Assembly (NCBI GenBank): GCA_043228905.1
Contig: JBHGNT010000005.1
Span: forward strand, 16,058,001 to 16,122,000
DNA length: 64,000 nucleotides
Origin: Azolla caroliniana
Lineage: Eukaryota > Plantae > Polypodiophyta
Direction: 5' to 3'
Shown: positions 60,070-64,000 of the stretch, piece after piece
How the letters are laid out: every line of letters begins with the position of its first letter
Numbering within the stretch: position 1 is the stretch's first letter
Position numbers and translations under genes: made by a program
The notes under the pieces: model-generated
What the model was told of the DNA's origin: nothing
The model's database searches: none
The model's input: the letters and a program-made list of their open reading frames with translations, nothing else

Positions 60070-63000
60070 CTGCTCTCTTCACTCCCTCTAAGTGGAAAAC
60101 AGAAAATGAGCAACAGTCACAAAACTGTTTGCCCTAAGTCATATTTATACACATATGACTTTCGGGCTATTTACAAATATAGCCTCAAGGGCCCTTGACA
60201 AACATATTCACAAATATGTCCCCGCATCCGGATCTCTCTCCGGGTACATTCATCATCCGGCTCCGTAGCCGGGGTCTTCGTCATCCGGCTCCGTAGCCGG
60301 GGTCTTCATCATCCGGCTCCGAAGCCGGGTCTTCGTCATCCGGCTCCGTAGCCGGGGTCATCTCTTCGTCATCCGGCTCCGTAGCCGGGGTCTTCATCAT
60401 CCGGCTCCGTAGCCGGGTACTCTTCATCCTCCGGTTCCGTAACCGTAACCAGGCTTGCCGTCATTCATCTCCGGACATCCCATCCGGAGGGACCAAAAAT
60501 CCCAACAAACTCCCCCTTCACTTCGGCATGGGATGTCTCTCCAATCCGATCCTCTACCGGCATGCTTCCAACTTGTCGGGTGTGAGCACCTTGGTCAGCA
60601 TATCCGACCCGTTCTCGTCCGCGTGGATCTTCGTCAGCACGAACTCCTTGTCTTCTACCCTTTCCCGGATCCAGTGGTATCTTCGCTGGATGTGTTTCGT
60701 CCGGGAATGGTAGGCCGCGTTCTTCGCAAGGTGGATGGCACTCTGACTATCGCAGTAGAGTCGGTACTCCTCCTGCCGGATACCGAGCTCTTTAATGAAG
60801 TCCTTCATCCATATTATTTCCTTGCCGGCTTCAACAGCCGCCATGTACTCCGCCTCCGTGGTTGACAACGCAACCGTCTTCTGCAACCTCGACTGCCACG
60901 AAACGGCTCCCCCTGCATATGTCATTACATTCCCAGATGTAGACTGGCTGGTATCCGCATCAGCCGACATATCCGAATCGGTAAATCCATCGAGTTCGGG
61001 TTTACCGGAGCCGAATCGGAGGCACATGTTCGAAGTGCCCTTTAAGTATCAGAGTATCCATTTGACCGCGTTCCAGTGCTCCTTGCCGGGATTACTCATA
61101 TACCGGCTCACCACTCCGACTGCATATCCTATGTCCGGTCTTGTACACACCATTGCGTACATCAAGCTTCCGACGGCAGAGGCATATGGTACTTTCACCA
61201 TGTCCTCCTTCTCAGCCTTTGTCTTGGGGCTTTGCTTGCTGGACAACTTGCAGTTTGCCGGGAGGGTTGACCCGACCGGTCTTGCTTCCGACATGTTGAA
61301 CCGGTGAAGCACCTTTGTCACGTACTTCTCCTGTGACAGCCACAACTGCTTCTTCTTCCGGTCCCGGATGATGTGCATCCCTAGTATTTGCCTCGCCGGA
61401 CCCAGGTCCTTCATTGAGAAGGTTCGGTGAAGTGCTTTCTTCAGCATCCATATCTTGACCTAGTCCCGTCCGACGATCAACATGTCGTCCACGTACAGGA
61501 GGAGTATTTGAAAGTCTCCTCCTTCGAACTTCTTCACAAACACGCAGTGATCGGACTGTGTTTTGTTGTACCCTTCGTCGGTCATGAAAGAGTCGAACTT
61601 CCGGTACCACTGCCGGGGAGCCTGCTTCAGTCCGTAAAGGCTCTTCTTTAACCGGCATACCAGATGCTCCTTCCCTTTCTCCTCGAATCCTTCCGGTTGC
61701 TGCATGTAGATCTCTTCTTCGAGGTCACCGTGAAGGAATGCCGTCTTCACGTCCATCTGTTCCACCTCGAGGTCCATGCTTGCCGCTATGCTCAGCACCG
61801 TCCGGATGGAGGTCATCTTCACTACCGGGGCAAATATCTCGTCGAAGTCGACGCCCTTCTTCTGCTGGAACCCCTTCACCACGATCCTGGCTTTGTATCT
61901 CGGGGGGTTTCTGGCATCTCCCGGTTTCAGCTTGAACACCCACTTGTTTCGAAGTGCCCGCTTTCCTTTCGGCAACTCCACAAGTTCATATGTGTTGTTC
62001 TCATGCAGGGAATCCATCTCCTCCTGCATGGCACTTAACCACCTGCGACTATGGGTGTCAAGCTTTGCTTCTTCAAAACTCTCCGGCTCCCCCTCGTCGG
62101 TTAGCAGCACGTGCTCTGGTTCCGGAAATCTCCGGGGGGGCCTTCTCTCTCTTAGAGGATATCTCCGTTCCGGAGCTTCGGTAACCGGCTCCTCCGTTTC
62201 CTCTTCATCCGAATCGATTTCGGGATCGGGGCCGGTTCCGGTATCAGTTTCATCTTCCTCGGCCGGTTCTGTTTCTTCACCGTCTTCGGCCGGATCCTCG
62301 AGTGCTAACCGGTCCCTTGCCGGTCGGGACTGCTCCTCGTAGAGTTGATCCTCACCGGTCGACTTGGAGCTCTTCATCTTCTTCTCCGACTCCCAGTCGG
62401 CGAGTGTCTTGTCCTCCATGAAGATGATATCACGACTCCGGAATATCTTCTTGTCGACCGGGTCCCATACTCGGTAGCCGAACTCGTCGTTGCCGTAACC
62501 GAGGAATATGCATAGCCGGGTCTTTGGATCTAACTTTCCTCTCCGGTCCTTTGCCACATGCACGTATGCAAGACACCCGAACACCTTCAGATGCCGGTAG
62601 GACACTTCCTTACCGGTCCACACTCTCTGTGGCGTGTCTCCATCCAGGGGTACCGAGGGTGATCTATTTATCACATATGTCGCCGTCGACATTGCCTCAG
62701 CCCAAAATCCCTTGGGTAATTTCGCATGCGCCAGCATACTCCGGACCCTCTCCATTATGGTCCGGTTCATCCTCTCGGCCAGTCCGTTCAGTTCCGGCGT
62801 CTTCGGCACAGTAAACTCGAGCCGGATTCCCTTCGAACGGCAATACTCCTCGAACTGCCCCCGGTATTCGCCTCCGTTATCCGCTCGTAGTGCTTTCAGC
62901 TTCTTGCCGGATTCTCTTTCCACTCTCGCGTGGAGTTCTTTGAAGACGGACAATACTTGGTCCTTTGTCTTCCACGGTGCCGTCCACAGCTTCCGGCTAT

Positions 63001-64000
63001 GGTCATCTATGAATGTTACGAAGTACTGAGCTCCGCCATGTGACTTCGTTTCTACCTGACACACATCAGTGTGTACCAACTTCAATGGTACACTACGTCT
63101 CATCGGTGGCCTTGAGTGGAAGGAGGTTCGGTTCTGCTTATCGGCCAGGCAGTCGGTGCACTTCTCCAGGTGCACATGCTTCACTGGAATAAGGTTATCT
63201 TCTGCAAGCCTCTTCATCCCCTTCTCGCTCATGTGGCACAGTCTCTTGTGCCACAGCTCACCGGCAGTGTCAGCTGCCACGTTCAGCTCCTCCGGACATA
63301 GCCAGGAATTCATCAGGTACAGTGTGTTGACCTTCCGGGCCCGAGCCACTATCAGGCTCCCTTTGCTGAACTTCATGACACCGTTCCGGATGCTACCTGT
63401 GTAGCCTTCATCGTCTAGCCTCCCGGCCGAAATCAGGTTCAATCGAACCTCCGGAACGTGTCGGACATCCTTTAGCAGCATCTTGCATCCGGTTGATGTC
63501 ATCAGCCACACGTCTCCTATGCCGGCATTCCGGCATGTACCTTCATTTCCCATCCGGACACAGCCGTGCTCACCGGCTGTATAGGATGAGAAGTATTTCT
63601 TCTCCGGGGTCAGGTGGAACGACGCTCCGGAATCGACCACCCAGGTCATCTCTTCACCGGCAAGGTTTAGCTCCCTCTCTTCGGTAATGAGTATTATCTC
63701 TTCTTCACTTGCCGCGAGTGCCGTCGTTCCTTTCCGGTCCTGCCCTCGCCGATCCGGACCTCTCCGGTCCGTGGCTCCCCGGTATGCACCGTTTCGCTCC
63801 GGTGACTTCTTCGAATCGGTACCGTCGGTTCCGTTGTCTTTCCGGAAATGCCGACAGTTCTTCTGGAAGTGCCCCGGCTTCCCACAGTAGAAGCATGTGG
63901 GTCTTGCCCTCGACTGCGACCGTGTCCCCGACTTCTCCCGTCTTTGCGGGCTCCGGTTCCGTTGTCTTCCCCGTTCCGATTCGGTAAGCAGCGCCTTCGA
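59714..64000 (-). mobile_element. Second Tnt1/Tork-like copia (sister subfamily), running off the window end; a few premature stops
   Basis: 3' LTR 59714-60507, PPT from 60508; protein nearly identical to 49303-59071; stops at 61460, 61049 and 60554. Confidence 0.95.
60248..60440. repeat. ~26-bp tandem array in the U3 part of the LTR
   Basis: tcttc(a/g)tcatccggctccgtagccgggg repeated about 7 times. Confidence 0.9.

Noticed and set aside
57114-63404. Long plus-strand ORFs opposite copia pol
   Set aside because: Antisense shadows of a codon-biased ORF; not kept intact between the two sister copies

Overview
Land-plant nuclear DNA, probably a non-seed plant such as a fern (inferred from the retrotransposon lineages, not provable from the sequence). 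One host gene, a multi-exon DNA polymerase alpha subunit B (POLA2, minus strand, 24086-28627), sits among nested LTR retrotransposons. These include several Ty1/copia elements, one nearly intact (48689-59705) and interrupted by an intact Tcn1/sushi-type chromovirus with apparently identical LTRs (51037-56726), an Athila-like gypsy (10082-~22007), a decayed chromovirus (37966-~44660), LINE relics and a possible DNA-transposase relic. Most notable is a group of LTR elements with TGTC...CGACA-type termini: two gag-only elements primed by tRNA-Trp, the 3' end of a candidate integrase-bearing helper, and a solo LTR nested in a sibling solo LTR. All five are inside other TEs and fit 4-bp target sites centred on CpG (two perfect duplications, three partial), and the three with internal sequence share a covarying hairpin next to the PPT. 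Three LTR families carry tRNA-like A/B-box cassettes. The Tcn1 element shows a self-priming PBS and a -1 frameshift signal, and one copia family has a long in-frame Pol tail after RNase H. All calls were made by eye; no database searches were run.
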